Assembly (NCBI GenBank): GCA_028282585.1
Contig: JANQHR010000020.1
Coordinates: 32,001-96,000 of the forward strand
Direction of reading: 5' to 3'
Origin: Bacteroidales bacterium
GTDB lineage: Bacteria > Bacteroidota > Bacteroidia > Bacteroidales > UBA12077
DNA length: 64,000 nucleotides
The position numbers and the translations under genes are program-made. The notes beneath the pieces are model-generated. The model had not been told where the DNA came from and searched no databases. It was given only the letters and a program-made list of their open reading frames with translations. Shown here in pieces: positions 49,301 through 55,019 of this stretch (its first letter is position 1; the number at the start of each line of letters is the position of its first letter).

Positions 49301-49629
49301 GTGTTGTTGAAACTACATTTACAACCAATGTCAATAATAGCGTAACCGGAATAGATGATATTGACATAACATCAATGGGGTTAACTAATTATCCAAATCC
49401 GGCTAAAGATGTTACAATAATTGAATATCTTTTAGATGAAGCATGTAAAGTTAAACTTGAAGTTATGAATATTCATGGAGAAACTATTGATATTTTAGTT
49501 AATGAAACTAAAGTTAAAGGAAAGTATACTATAGATTATAATGTGAATAACTTACCTTCAGGTATTTATTTCTACCGTATAACTTTAGATAACAACAGAA
49601 TTGTAACAAAAAGAATGATTGTTTTATAA
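40396..49629 (+). CDS. Giant S8 subtilisin-like protease, T9SS type A cargo
   Basis: Signal peptide and propeptide; catalytic motifs VHDGGID, HGTHVGG and GTSMACPHV; FN3 and Ig-like (SNDP) modules; two GxPDxxGYxWIDS/APxWDD domains; cadherin-like repeats; CTD NYPNP...LPSGIYFY...KRMIVL. Confidence 0.93.
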   Translation: MIKKLTKFILVAIIILASALILNAQDHYHKEIFRIKFDTKMEATINTMKMQKSPTGVIQTGIASIDKLNEKYSVSNIKRVFPYAGKFEKKHQKYGLHLWYEVIVTNNSDIELATKEYLALNEVSLSELVLKKTIGGTPFNSYKAGVQNSLPVGTNDPQYGDQWHYNNTGQSGGTVDADVDLPEAWVVQTGDSEIIVSVHDGGIDVDHEDLIGNMWINPNEIAGNGIDDDNNGYIDDIYGYNFGDNTGTIYADNHGTHVGGTVAAETNNGIGMSGVAGGTGSDDGVRLMSCAVFGNISNGGFPESYIYAADHGAIISQNSWGYTSPNSYEQAVLDAIDYFIAEAGMNENGIQTGPMAGGLVIFAAGNNGSDNLWYPGYYESVMAVAGTDHNDNKYTSSNFGSWVDLAAPAVNIYSTIPNDNYTGGYSGTSMACPHVSGTAALILSQFKDDDITPQQIWDRLINSTDTLTFIGAEDWGTGRLNAFAALAEDDGQPPLAISDMTIIDVSAVSVTFTWTAPADQPDGYPASIYDFRYSENPITAANFDQATHYELPAPSVAGTLESVVVKGLSVGTTYYFAVKSADHFGNTSDISNTVTATTDQAPDIVITGDPSVTINSSVNPVEIGMFTIENQGQAELSYNIFPVYLGKTIPQVQSSLIYPGNEVSIEPEANYSELAELTSSVTTKNHSVIQSYFENEIAHIINYDDGDDEADGSIAVTSGGTPVVWAAATAFDVPDLGGDDFILSHISAYIEAEGSAVSNPTSVSIIAGGDNPLQGELIMMQEFTNIIGAEYVNIPLEMPVSFSTGDKFWIVFNFPAAPLRLGYDDVIGGNRPGSYLAYLNGQWDDIQTESGWSNYVWAVRAIQTQLHGVTLDISQGTIGVGSAQDISVTFDATDINRNGDHNFNIYILSNDPVTPVEKVEATATVTGIPEPNINIEPDTINSLIDASVNPVKTETLTIFNNGEGELQFDFINPIVQQDFHVDAFIGEYPLGDALESLQAAPYVNPNVNTSLPVVKLAGSTAYAQEVYPNEYFVSLSTDNPGTYLTSSSVSYTAYAGDFAKGDDKHMYIVDDGTSELKKLNIETEELTTVGPTLKFTDLACDKNDGTMYGAFYAEPSSYLYTIDLSSGTGTLVGTIGSGIMISIACDGDGNLWGLNLDDNIYSIDKSTGTMTLVGSAGFDANYAQSMAWDPLTDLVYMAAYNNVADRGELRILDTETGASELIGAFAGNAEITAFGFPGGGTTDFITVNPTSGTVEANSSITVDVELDATILPNELYSSSLTVYSNDYDNLSTVVPVNLDVTGQVGEINLSSVFIEFGTVFLNGEKEIPFKIYNTGIGNLQITDIISNQPIFTTDLEDTTVLAMGDTLFVKAKCAPNFLGQFNAILTVKSNDLNNPEVEITVTATAISPPVISLDPTEIEVTMDAGQVRNEQFTIRNYGMYPLQFSMPEVAANQLLNNPDIEKNNISFIEGITQNTDKQINSGGQGHPVQLGAGGPDELGYSWIDSRETGGPVYNWEEISITGTEILANSDDGSIDIELPFGFKFYGEVKTSAKIGSNGYITFGTDGTDYTNDQIPSTTEPNNYIAPFWDDLRPSSKRGQVFYKTGSDKFIVQYNEVGNYPSSSAGTITFQVVLFPNGNIKYYYKEITLENNASATIGTENEDGTIGLQVAYNTDYIEDNMAVLIFPGRTPFDISASPVSGIIQPSSTQVIDLNLDATELLEDSYINELLITSNDPVRPEEIFTTKLDVIGHPEINVSPDSILFSPIFQTLSEVRTITIENTGSKNLTVSNIASDNVSFIADFSDPIMIAPKAITNVDITFTAINIGEEVGTITIESDDEFGNQSYEVFVSGTGLVPPEITVTTNPSPVEITMNSGDIDSINIAIENSGGSTLNYVMVKPYYTNVGNVSVTAHNPANELTSKEQPDERTGNAVQTGNGEPDNFGYTWIDSDEGSEVIYDWIEIKNIGTKLDLGADNGTWITLPFNFPFYNETYNEVQIASNGFFTFSEPLGSIGGYSNQDIPTTTEPNNLIAPLWDDIEPQNGDGVYVYSTSEYIIIQYNEVPAFWSTGVGTFQAIVYANGNIKFQYKDMTAYEGIDKATVGIENEDGTDALQVVFNNTYVKDGLAVLIKSPYLIGSVEPGLTANINLIIDATDIYDGTYEAPLKLLSNDITDPSIEIPTTLTIIGTPEISLSSDSVLFNELYFIPGENNNDTEELIVKNNGSKTLLIDSLWFTNETVVFTADKSGVFEIAPKEELIVELTFTPEAVGSFDNIFNIASNDALQPVATTLLFGEAIEPPVIAIDDTDTLLFDLKSTESGTEVSVVSNEGGSLLEYDISIVTLSGQFTNEVQSIYNRPVVNSTVYRSMSASGNFDMNIDYEQSDIVFNDSIVYDPEGAPDDYYGYDGGAPYSSANRFVVNSATFNLTHITNYYQTGGVTEPVILEIYKGGNLPEQGTLLATQTFTHSEANTGAKCLIELESPQSFVQGDVFFIVIHYPQAINFPAAFNRNVSGVDGVSYWYDVNSSTWLAEDPGYVYKIRAFETINTSPDKWLTVNPVEGESEAGESATHILTANAAATIGGYHYAKVVYSSNDPVTPTTEIPVIMYVNKLPEIISVPDSVVVHEGESIDMMVIATDPEGDALDFELVGTYSFTDLTVNHDTAIVTYSPDYEQAGMFDYVMNITDVQGETITVSWPVIVNNVNRSPRLLTDIDDKMYFVTDPIDQIDLNQYFIDPDGESLIYDAFPSSDTAFSVGINDNMLEITPTNLGYGVITVTATDAEGAYTAASFNVRIRHTENHAPILIYDLSYIFIHGSDEVNYNLDDYFTDIDWDEITYSFQVSGVPSVIVSLADNELTLEPTRSGMTFLTLYADDGRGGITGVSLIVFVYGNKNGMPFILSPIANRTYTLDDNTEKLNLSEYFGDPDQDNLRYIGVIKNGNSVEAIVNDNILEITPKELGESIITIYVSDENTGVVETTFTTNVNNSVTGIDDIDITSMGLTNYPNPAKDVTIIEYLLDEACKVKLEVMNIHGETIDILVNETKVKGKYTIDYNVNNLPSGIYFYRITLDNNRIVTKRMIVL

Positions 49630-49647
49630 CTCTCTAAATAATAAATT

Positions 49648-49688
49648 AAAGAAGAAGCTGTTTGAAGAATTCAGCTTCTTCTTTTTTT
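49648..49688 (+). terminator. Intrinsic terminator after the subtilase, probably bidirectional
   Basis: 13-bp stem AAAGAAGAAGCTG/CAGCTTCTTCTTT, running into T7. Confidence 0.88.
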
Positions 49689-49847
49689 ATAGCATTTTAA
49701 ATTTCTGTTTTAATATTCACATTAATTCTCTTTGGGTCTTGTGATGAACAAATGAATCAATTTCACATTTCCAGCTGTGGTATGATTCCAAAATTGTACT
49801 CTAACCCTGAATAGTCAAAAAAACTAATTCAATTAGAAAACAGATCA

Positions 49848-50279
49848 TTAACTAATCTTTTCGAATACCTTCTGTTCCTTTTTTAGCTTATAGTCAAGTA
49901 TTTGATAAAATTTATGCGCTAATTCTCTTTTCGAATTACAACGCACCCGAATAACAAATTCTTTGGAGTACAGCTCTTCGATATATTTAACCAGGGATTT
50001 ACCAATTCCATTGCCCCGTTCTTTTTCATCAACCACCAAACCGCATATTTCAATAAAGGGCTCCGTTGTTAACCTGATAGCTTTAAAAAAATGGATATAG
50101 CCTACAATTTTTTTATTTTTTATTGCAACAAAAACCTCATGATCAGCATTTAAAATAATTTCTTTAATTTGTTCTTTAACAATTTCTTTGGTTGTTTCTG
50201 AACCAAGTTGGTATGTCAATAATGCAATAGGCTCAAAATCTTCGGGTAAGATTGGCCTTATTAGGATTTCATTATTCAT
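49848..50279 (-). CDS. GNAT N-acetyltransferase
   Basis: LVVDEKERGNGIGKSL and AHKFY. Confidence 0.88.
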   Translation of the reverse strand: MNNEILIRPILPEDFEPIALLTYQLGSETTKEIVKEQIKEIILNADHEVFVAIKNKKIVGYIHFFKAIRLTTEPFIEICGLVVDEKERGNGIGKSLVKYIEELYSKEFVIRVRCNSKRELAHKFYQILDYKLKKEQKVFEKIS

Positions 50280-50299
50280 TGCTAACTAATTATTAACCT

Positions 50300-51721
50300 C
50301 TACTTGACAAGATTTCCCATCAAGTTTTCTAAAGTTCCTATTTCAGTGAAAGAAACACCGTAACTTCTTCCAAAGTTTCCAGCTGCAACCACCAATAAAT
50401 CGTCTTTTGTAAATGTATAATTTTCTATAAGGTTTGTTAATGCCTCAGATAGAAACTCATGCGAAGTTTCCTTTGGTTCCATATAATTCGCAATCACCCC
50501 ATAGCTTAAAGCCATTTCGCGCATGGTACGTTTTGAATAACATTGAGCAAAAACAGGTTTAGAACCTCGGTAAACAGCTAAGCTCCTTAGGGTTCTTCCC
50601 GATGTTGAATCCGCAATTATAGCTTTAGCATCCAGACGAATAGCTCCCTTTACCGCAGCTTTGCATAAATAAGCAGATATGGGATTATTAATTACAACGG
50701 AAGGTATATCGTTAAATGGTTCTTTGGTATTTTCAACTTCCATGGCAACCCTTGCCATTGTTTTAACTGCTTCAACAGGGTATTCTCCATATGCCGTTTC
50801 TCCACTTAACATAACGGCATCCGTATTTCTATATACTGCACTTGCAATATCGTTTACTTCAGCACGAGTTGGACGAGGATTATCAATCATAGAATGTAGC
50901 ATTTGTGTCGCAATGATTACTGGTTTTCTTTTTTCAATGCATTTATCAATCAAATAACGCTGTAAACCAGGAATTTTTTCATATGGAATTTCAACGGCTA
51001 AATCGCCACGAGCAACCATTACGCCATAAGCATAATCCAAAATCTCATCAATATTATCAATTCCCTGTCGGTTCTCAATTTTAGCTATGATTTTAATTTG
51101 GGAGTTACTTTCATCTAATATCTTTTGAACTTCCAACACATCATCTTTACTGCGCACAAATGAATGTGCAATAAAATCCAAATCTTGTTGTATAGCCAAT
51201 TGAATAAAATCTTTATCTCGTTCGCTTAAACAAGGCAAATTGAAAGTTACATTGGGCACATTTACACTCTTTTTTCCTTTTACTTCACCATCATTTTGCG
51301 CCTCGCACAGCAAAGAATCTTCATTTTTCTGAATCACCTTTAGTTCAATATTACCGTCATCTATAAGAATACAGGTTTTATCCGGAACATCCTTAACAAA
51401 ATCAGTATATGAAACATAAATACATCCATTTGTTGATTCTTTTGAGGGGTCTCCTTTTATTAGTATTTGTTGCCCACGCTTTAATTCAACAACAAAATCT
51501 GTTTTAACCGTCCTAACTTCCGGGCCTTTTGTATCAATTAAAAGTGCAATTTTTTCAGAAACCGAACGAACATCGTTTATAACTTTTATTGCACCTTCCT
51601 TTGTTTGGTGGGCGGTATTCATTCTTACAACATCCATTCCTTCGTTATATAACGATTGAATAAAATCAGGTGTGCATGTTTTATCTGATATGGTAGCTAC
51701 TATTTTTGTTTTTTTAATCAT
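50300..51721 (-). CDS. pyk: Pyruvate kinase
   Basis: TKIVATI, RMNTAH, DTKGPEVR, IIAKIE, MVARGDL, ATQML, PTRAE and AVMLSGETA. Confidence 0.97.
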   Translation of the reverse strand: MIKKTKIVATISDKTCTPDFIQSLYNEGMDVVRMNTAHQTKEGAIKVINDVRSVSEKIALLIDTKGPEVRTVKTDFVVELKRGQQILIKGDPSKESTNGCIYVSYTDFVKDVPDKTCILIDDGNIELKVIQKNEDSLLCEAQNDGEVKGKKSVNVPNVTFNLPCLSERDKDFIQLAIQQDLDFIAHSFVRSKDDVLEVQKILDESNSQIKIIAKIENRQGIDNIDEILDYAYGVMVARGDLAVEIPYEKIPGLQRYLIDKCIEKRKPVIIATQMLHSMIDNPRPTRAEVNDIASAVYRNTDAVMLSGETAYGEYPVEAVKTMARVAMEVENTKEPFNDIPSVVINNPISAYLCKAAVKGAIRLDAKAIIADSTSGRTLRSLAVYRGSKPVFAQCYSKRTMREMALSYGVIANYMEPKETSHEFLSEALTNLIENYTFTKDDLLVVAAGNFGRSYGVSFTEIGTLENLMGNLVK

Positions 51722-51773
51722 AATTCTAATATAGTTAATAAATAAAAGGCTTAGGAAAGGGCTACTTAGTTAT

Positions 51774-51808
51774 ACATTCTGCATTCTGCATTCCGAATTC
51801 TAAATTCT
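51774..51808. repeat. Five tandem heptamers (RMATTCY) between aroQ and pyk
   Basis: ACATTCT GCATTCT GCATTCC GAATTCT AAATTCT. Confidence 0.7.
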
Positions 51809-52229
51809 ATTTTAACACTCTAATACTTTCTATTGCAAGCCTGTACCCGTCTAACCCAAATCCGGCTATACTCCCCATACAATTTGGAGCAATCAAAGAA
51901 TCGTGGCGAAAATCTTCACGTTCATATATATTAGAAATATGTACTTCGACAACAGGTGTTGTAATTGCTTTAATGGCATCGGCTATAGCTACTGAAGTAT
52001 GTGTATACCCAGCCGCATTTAATATAATTCCTTTGTATTCAAATCCAACCTGGTGTAACTTATTGATAATTTCACCTTCGACATTTGATTGAAAATAATC
52101 CAGTTGAATATCTTTAAAATGTTCTTGTATTAATCCAAAATATTTTTCGAATGGAACATCTCCATAGATTTCTTTTTCTCGAGTGCCTAATAAATTTAGG
52201 TTAGGGCCGTTAATAATCTGAATCTTCAT
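51807..52229 (-). CDS. aroQ: Type II 3-dehydroquinate dehydratase
   Basis: NGPNLNLLGTRE, QSNVEG, YTHTS and VEVHISN. Confidence 0.97.
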   Translation of the reverse strand: MKIQIINGPNLNLLGTREKEIYGDVPFEKYFGLIQEHFKDIQLDYFQSNVEGEIINKLHQVGFEYKGIILNAAGYTHTSVAIADAIKAITTPVVEVHISNIYEREDFRHDSLIAPNCMGSIAGFGLDGYRLAIESIRVLK

Positions 52230-52251
52230 ATTTATTTATTTAAAGCATTCA

Positions 52252-52278
52252 CAAATTTACACATAAACATTAACTTTG
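52252..52278. promoter_or_regulatory. Back-to-back -7 elements for aroQ and xerD
   Basis: TAAATTTG on the minus strand (52252-52259) and TAACTTTG on the plus strand (52271-52278). Confidence 0.55.
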
Positions 52279-52311
52279 AAATATGATGGAAGATTTATTA
52301 ATCCAAAATTA

Positions 52312-53211
52312 ATGAACTGGGAAAGTAGCATCATACAGTTCAGGAATTACCTAAAACTGGAGCGGTCATTATCTGATAATTCCATAGAAGCTTATGAAAC
52401 AGACATTCGAAAATTTGTTTCTTTCCTGTATATCAAAAAATTGAATATTAGCCCTTTAAACACGAACCTACAAAACCTCAAAGATTTCCTGGAGTGGATT
52501 AATGAACTAGGGCTTAATGCTCGTTCTCAAGCAAGAATTATTTCCGGCTTAAAAGCTTTTTTCAAATATTTAATTCTGGAAGATATCATTGATAATGACC
52601 CAAGTAGTTTATTAGAGGCTCCAAAACTCGGTAGGAAACTACCCGAAGTACTTTCTATTGAAGAAATTGATAGGATTATTTCGGTTATTGATTTGAGCCA
52701 ACCGGAAGGGCAAAGAAATAAAGCAATTATTGAAACATTATATAGTTGTGGGCTACGAGTTTCTGAGTTAATCAATTTAAAAATATCAAACCTTTATTTT
52801 GATGAAGGGTTTGTGCGTGTAGTTGGTAAAGGAGATAAAGAAAGACTTATTCCAATTGGACAAAAAGCGATCAAAGAAATCCGGTATTATTTTCAGGATA
52901 GAAACTTGCAATCTAATATTGATAAAGCAAGCGAGAATATTGTTTTTCTGAACAGGCGTGGAAAACAATTAACACGAGTTATGATTTTTACCATTATAAA
53001 ACGCTTAGCAGAAAAAGCTGAGATTAGCAAGAATATTAGCCCACACACTTTTCGCCATTCATTTGCAACGCATTTAATCGATGGCGGTGCTGACTTGCGT
53101 GCTGTTCAGGAAATGCTCGGCCATGAATCGATTATTACTACAGAAATTTATACTCACCTAGACCGGGAATATTTGAGGGATGCAATTATACAGTATCATC
53201 CAAGAGCATAA
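52312..53211 (+). CDS. xerD: Tyrosine recombinase XerD
   Basis: LYSCGLRVSEL, GKGDKER, SPHTFRHSFATH, LGH, TTEIYTH and C-terminal HPRA. Confidence 0.9.
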   Translation: MNWESSIIQFRNYLKLERSLSDNSIEAYETDIRKFVSFLYIKKLNISPLNTNLQNLKDFLEWINELGLNARSQARIISGLKAFFKYLILEDIIDNDPSSLLEAPKLGRKLPEVLSIEEIDRIISVIDLSQPEGQRNKAIIETLYSCGLRVSELINLKISNLYFDEGFVRVVGKGDKERLIPIGQKAIKEIRYYFQDRNLQSNIDKASENIVFLNRRGKQLTRVMIFTIIKRLAEKAEISKNISPHTFRHSFATHLIDGGADLRAVQEMLGHESIITTEIYTHLDREYLRDAIIQYHPRA

Positions 53212-53216
53212 GAGAA

Positions 53217-54686
53217 CTATGGGTTTTGAGTTTTACTTTTTACTTTTATCTTATTATAGTCATCTGCAATTTCTTTCTTTGCATGAAATACCTTACTAAA
53301 AACTAAAATTGCTATCAAAGCAAAAATAAATCCCGGCAATAACTCATATAACTCAAATATTCCGCCTGAAAGTTGCTTCCATATTAAAACTGTTGTAGCT
53401 CCAGTAATCATTCCCGCTAATGCTCCCACCGAAGATATGTTTTTGTTGTATAAAGATAGAATTATTAATGGCCCAAAAGCTGCTCCAAATCCTGCCCAGG
53501 CATAAGCTACCAAAGATAAAACCGTAGAATCCTGGTTATTAGAAATAAAATAAGCAATTAAGGCTATTACAATTACCGTTGCCCTTCCAATCCACACTAA
53601 TTCTTTATCACTTGCATTTTGTTTAATTACCTTCTCATAAATGTCTCGTGTTAAACAGGCTGATGATACCAACAATTGAGAATCGATGGTGCTCATTATG
53701 GCTGCCAAAATTGCTGCTAAAACAAAACCAGCAATCCAGGGGTTTAAAAGTAGTTCTGAAAGCTTAATAAATATTTTTTCGGCATCCTTTAAATCAACAC
53801 TATGAGCAGAAACATAAGCTATTCCAAAAAAACCAACCATTAATGAACCAACAATTGAAATAACCATCCAACTCATGCCAACAATTTTTGCCGGTTGAAC
53901 ATTTTCGGGTTTATTTATCGACATAAACCGGACCAATATATGAGGTTGCCCAAAATAGCCCAATCCCCAGGCCAATAATGATAAAATACCAATAATGGAG
54001 CCCCCCTTCCATATATTCAAGTAGTTAGGATCAATGGACTTAATCGTATTAAATGTATTTGAAATTCCTCCAATATCGACAATAACAACAATTGGTACAA
54101 CCAATAATGCAAGCATCATCAAAGTTCCTTGAAAAAAATCAGTCCACGAAACTGCATTATACCCACCTAAAAAAGTATAGGATACAATTACTATGGTTCC
54201 AATGATTAAAGCTGCTTGGTAATCCAGATTAAAGGTCGCTTCAAATAGTTTAGCCCCACCTACTAAACCGGATGAAGCATACAAAGTATAGAAAACTAGG
54301 ATTATAATAGCAGATACAATACGTAAGTTCCCATCTTTAAAGCGATTAGCTAAAAACCCGGGAATTGTTATTGAATCATCCAATTCTTCAGTAAATACTC
54401 TTAAAGGGCGGGCAATATAATGCCAGTTTAGGAATGCTCCTATAGTTAACCCAATCGCAATCCAACTTCCACTAATACCGGTTGTGAACATCAAACCTGG
54501 CAGGCCGAGCAACAACCATCCGCTCATATCAGAAGCTCCAGCTGAGAGCGCTGCAACAATCGGATTCAAACCTCTCCCACCCAATACATAATCTGAAATA
54601 TTTTTTGTTCGGTAATAAAAGTAGAACCCTATAGCAAGCATTCCGAAAATGTAAATTCCAAATGATATAAATGTGGCGGTGTTCAT
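53217..54686 (-). CDS. putP: Sodium/proline symporter
   Basis: ALSAGASDMSGWLLLGLPG, AVSWTD, LGYFGQPHILVRFM, AAIMSTIDSQLL and AWAGFGAAFGP. Confidence 0.93.
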   Translation of the reverse strand: MNTATFISFGIYIFGMLAIGFYFYYRTKNISDYVLGGRGLNPIVAALSAGASDMSGWLLLGLPGLMFTTGISGSWIAIGLTIGAFLNWHYIARPLRVFTEELDDSITIPGFLANRFKDGNLRIVSAIIILVFYTLYASSGLVGGAKLFEATFNLDYQAALIIGTIVIVSYTFLGGYNAVSWTDFFQGTLMMLALLVVPIVVIVDIGGISNTFNTIKSIDPNYLNIWKGGSIIGILSLLAWGLGYFGQPHILVRFMSINKPENVQPAKIVGMSWMVISIVGSLMVGFFGIAYVSAHSVDLKDAEKIFIKLSELLLNPWIAGFVLAAILAAIMSTIDSQLLVSSACLTRDIYEKVIKQNASDKELVWIGRATVIVIALIAYFISNNQDSTVLSLVAYAWAGFGAAFGPLIILSLYNKNISSVGALAGMITGATTVLIWKQLSGGIFELYELLPGFIFALIAILVFSKVFHAKKEIADDYNKIKVKSKTQNP

Positions 54687-54750
54687 AATTAAATTAAGTA
54701 TCGAATTAAGCTTTGAAAATAAAGTAAAAAAAATGAATTTCAAATTTCAT

Positions 54751-54833
54751 GGTTAAGGTTTCAAATTACTTTTTACCTATGTCAAGTATAATCATATATA
54801 AAATTTGTAATTTGTAATTTGAAATCTTGAACC
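54751..54833. repeat. Inverted repeat built from AATTTG(T/A) heptamers in the putP-ppdK divergent region
   Basis: AAGGTTTCAAATTAC (54755-54769) pairs with GTAATTTGAAATCTT (54814-54828), extended by GGTT/AACC. Confidence 0.6.
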
Positions 54834-54944
54834 TTTTTGTTCCACAAACGTTTGCAAATAACATTAAACGAAAATTAAACATACAGGTAGTCGAATTAAT
54901 CCTAAAATAATCAGCTAAAATCACTCTATTTGGTAATTTTATAA

Positions 54945-54952
54945 TATATTTG
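54945..54952 (+). promoter_or_regulatory. -7 element upstream of ppdK
   Basis: TATATTTG matches TAnnTTTG. Confidence 0.5.
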
Positions 54953-55019
54953 TATCCTGCTAAGATTTTTTGTTAAAATGATCATATTCAATTATTTATA
55001 AATTTTAAATTATATTAAA

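Noticed and set aside
49690-49847. Short minus-strand open stretch (LFRVRVQFWNHTTAGNVK...) after the GNAT gene
   Set aside because: It has no convincing start, is about 30 codons long and has no recognisable similarity.
52312-53211. Tyrosine recombinase as the integrase of a mobile element or an invertase
   Set aside because: It has typical XerD length and motifs in the usual aroQ-xerD context, with no att sites, cargo or flanking inverted repeats seen.
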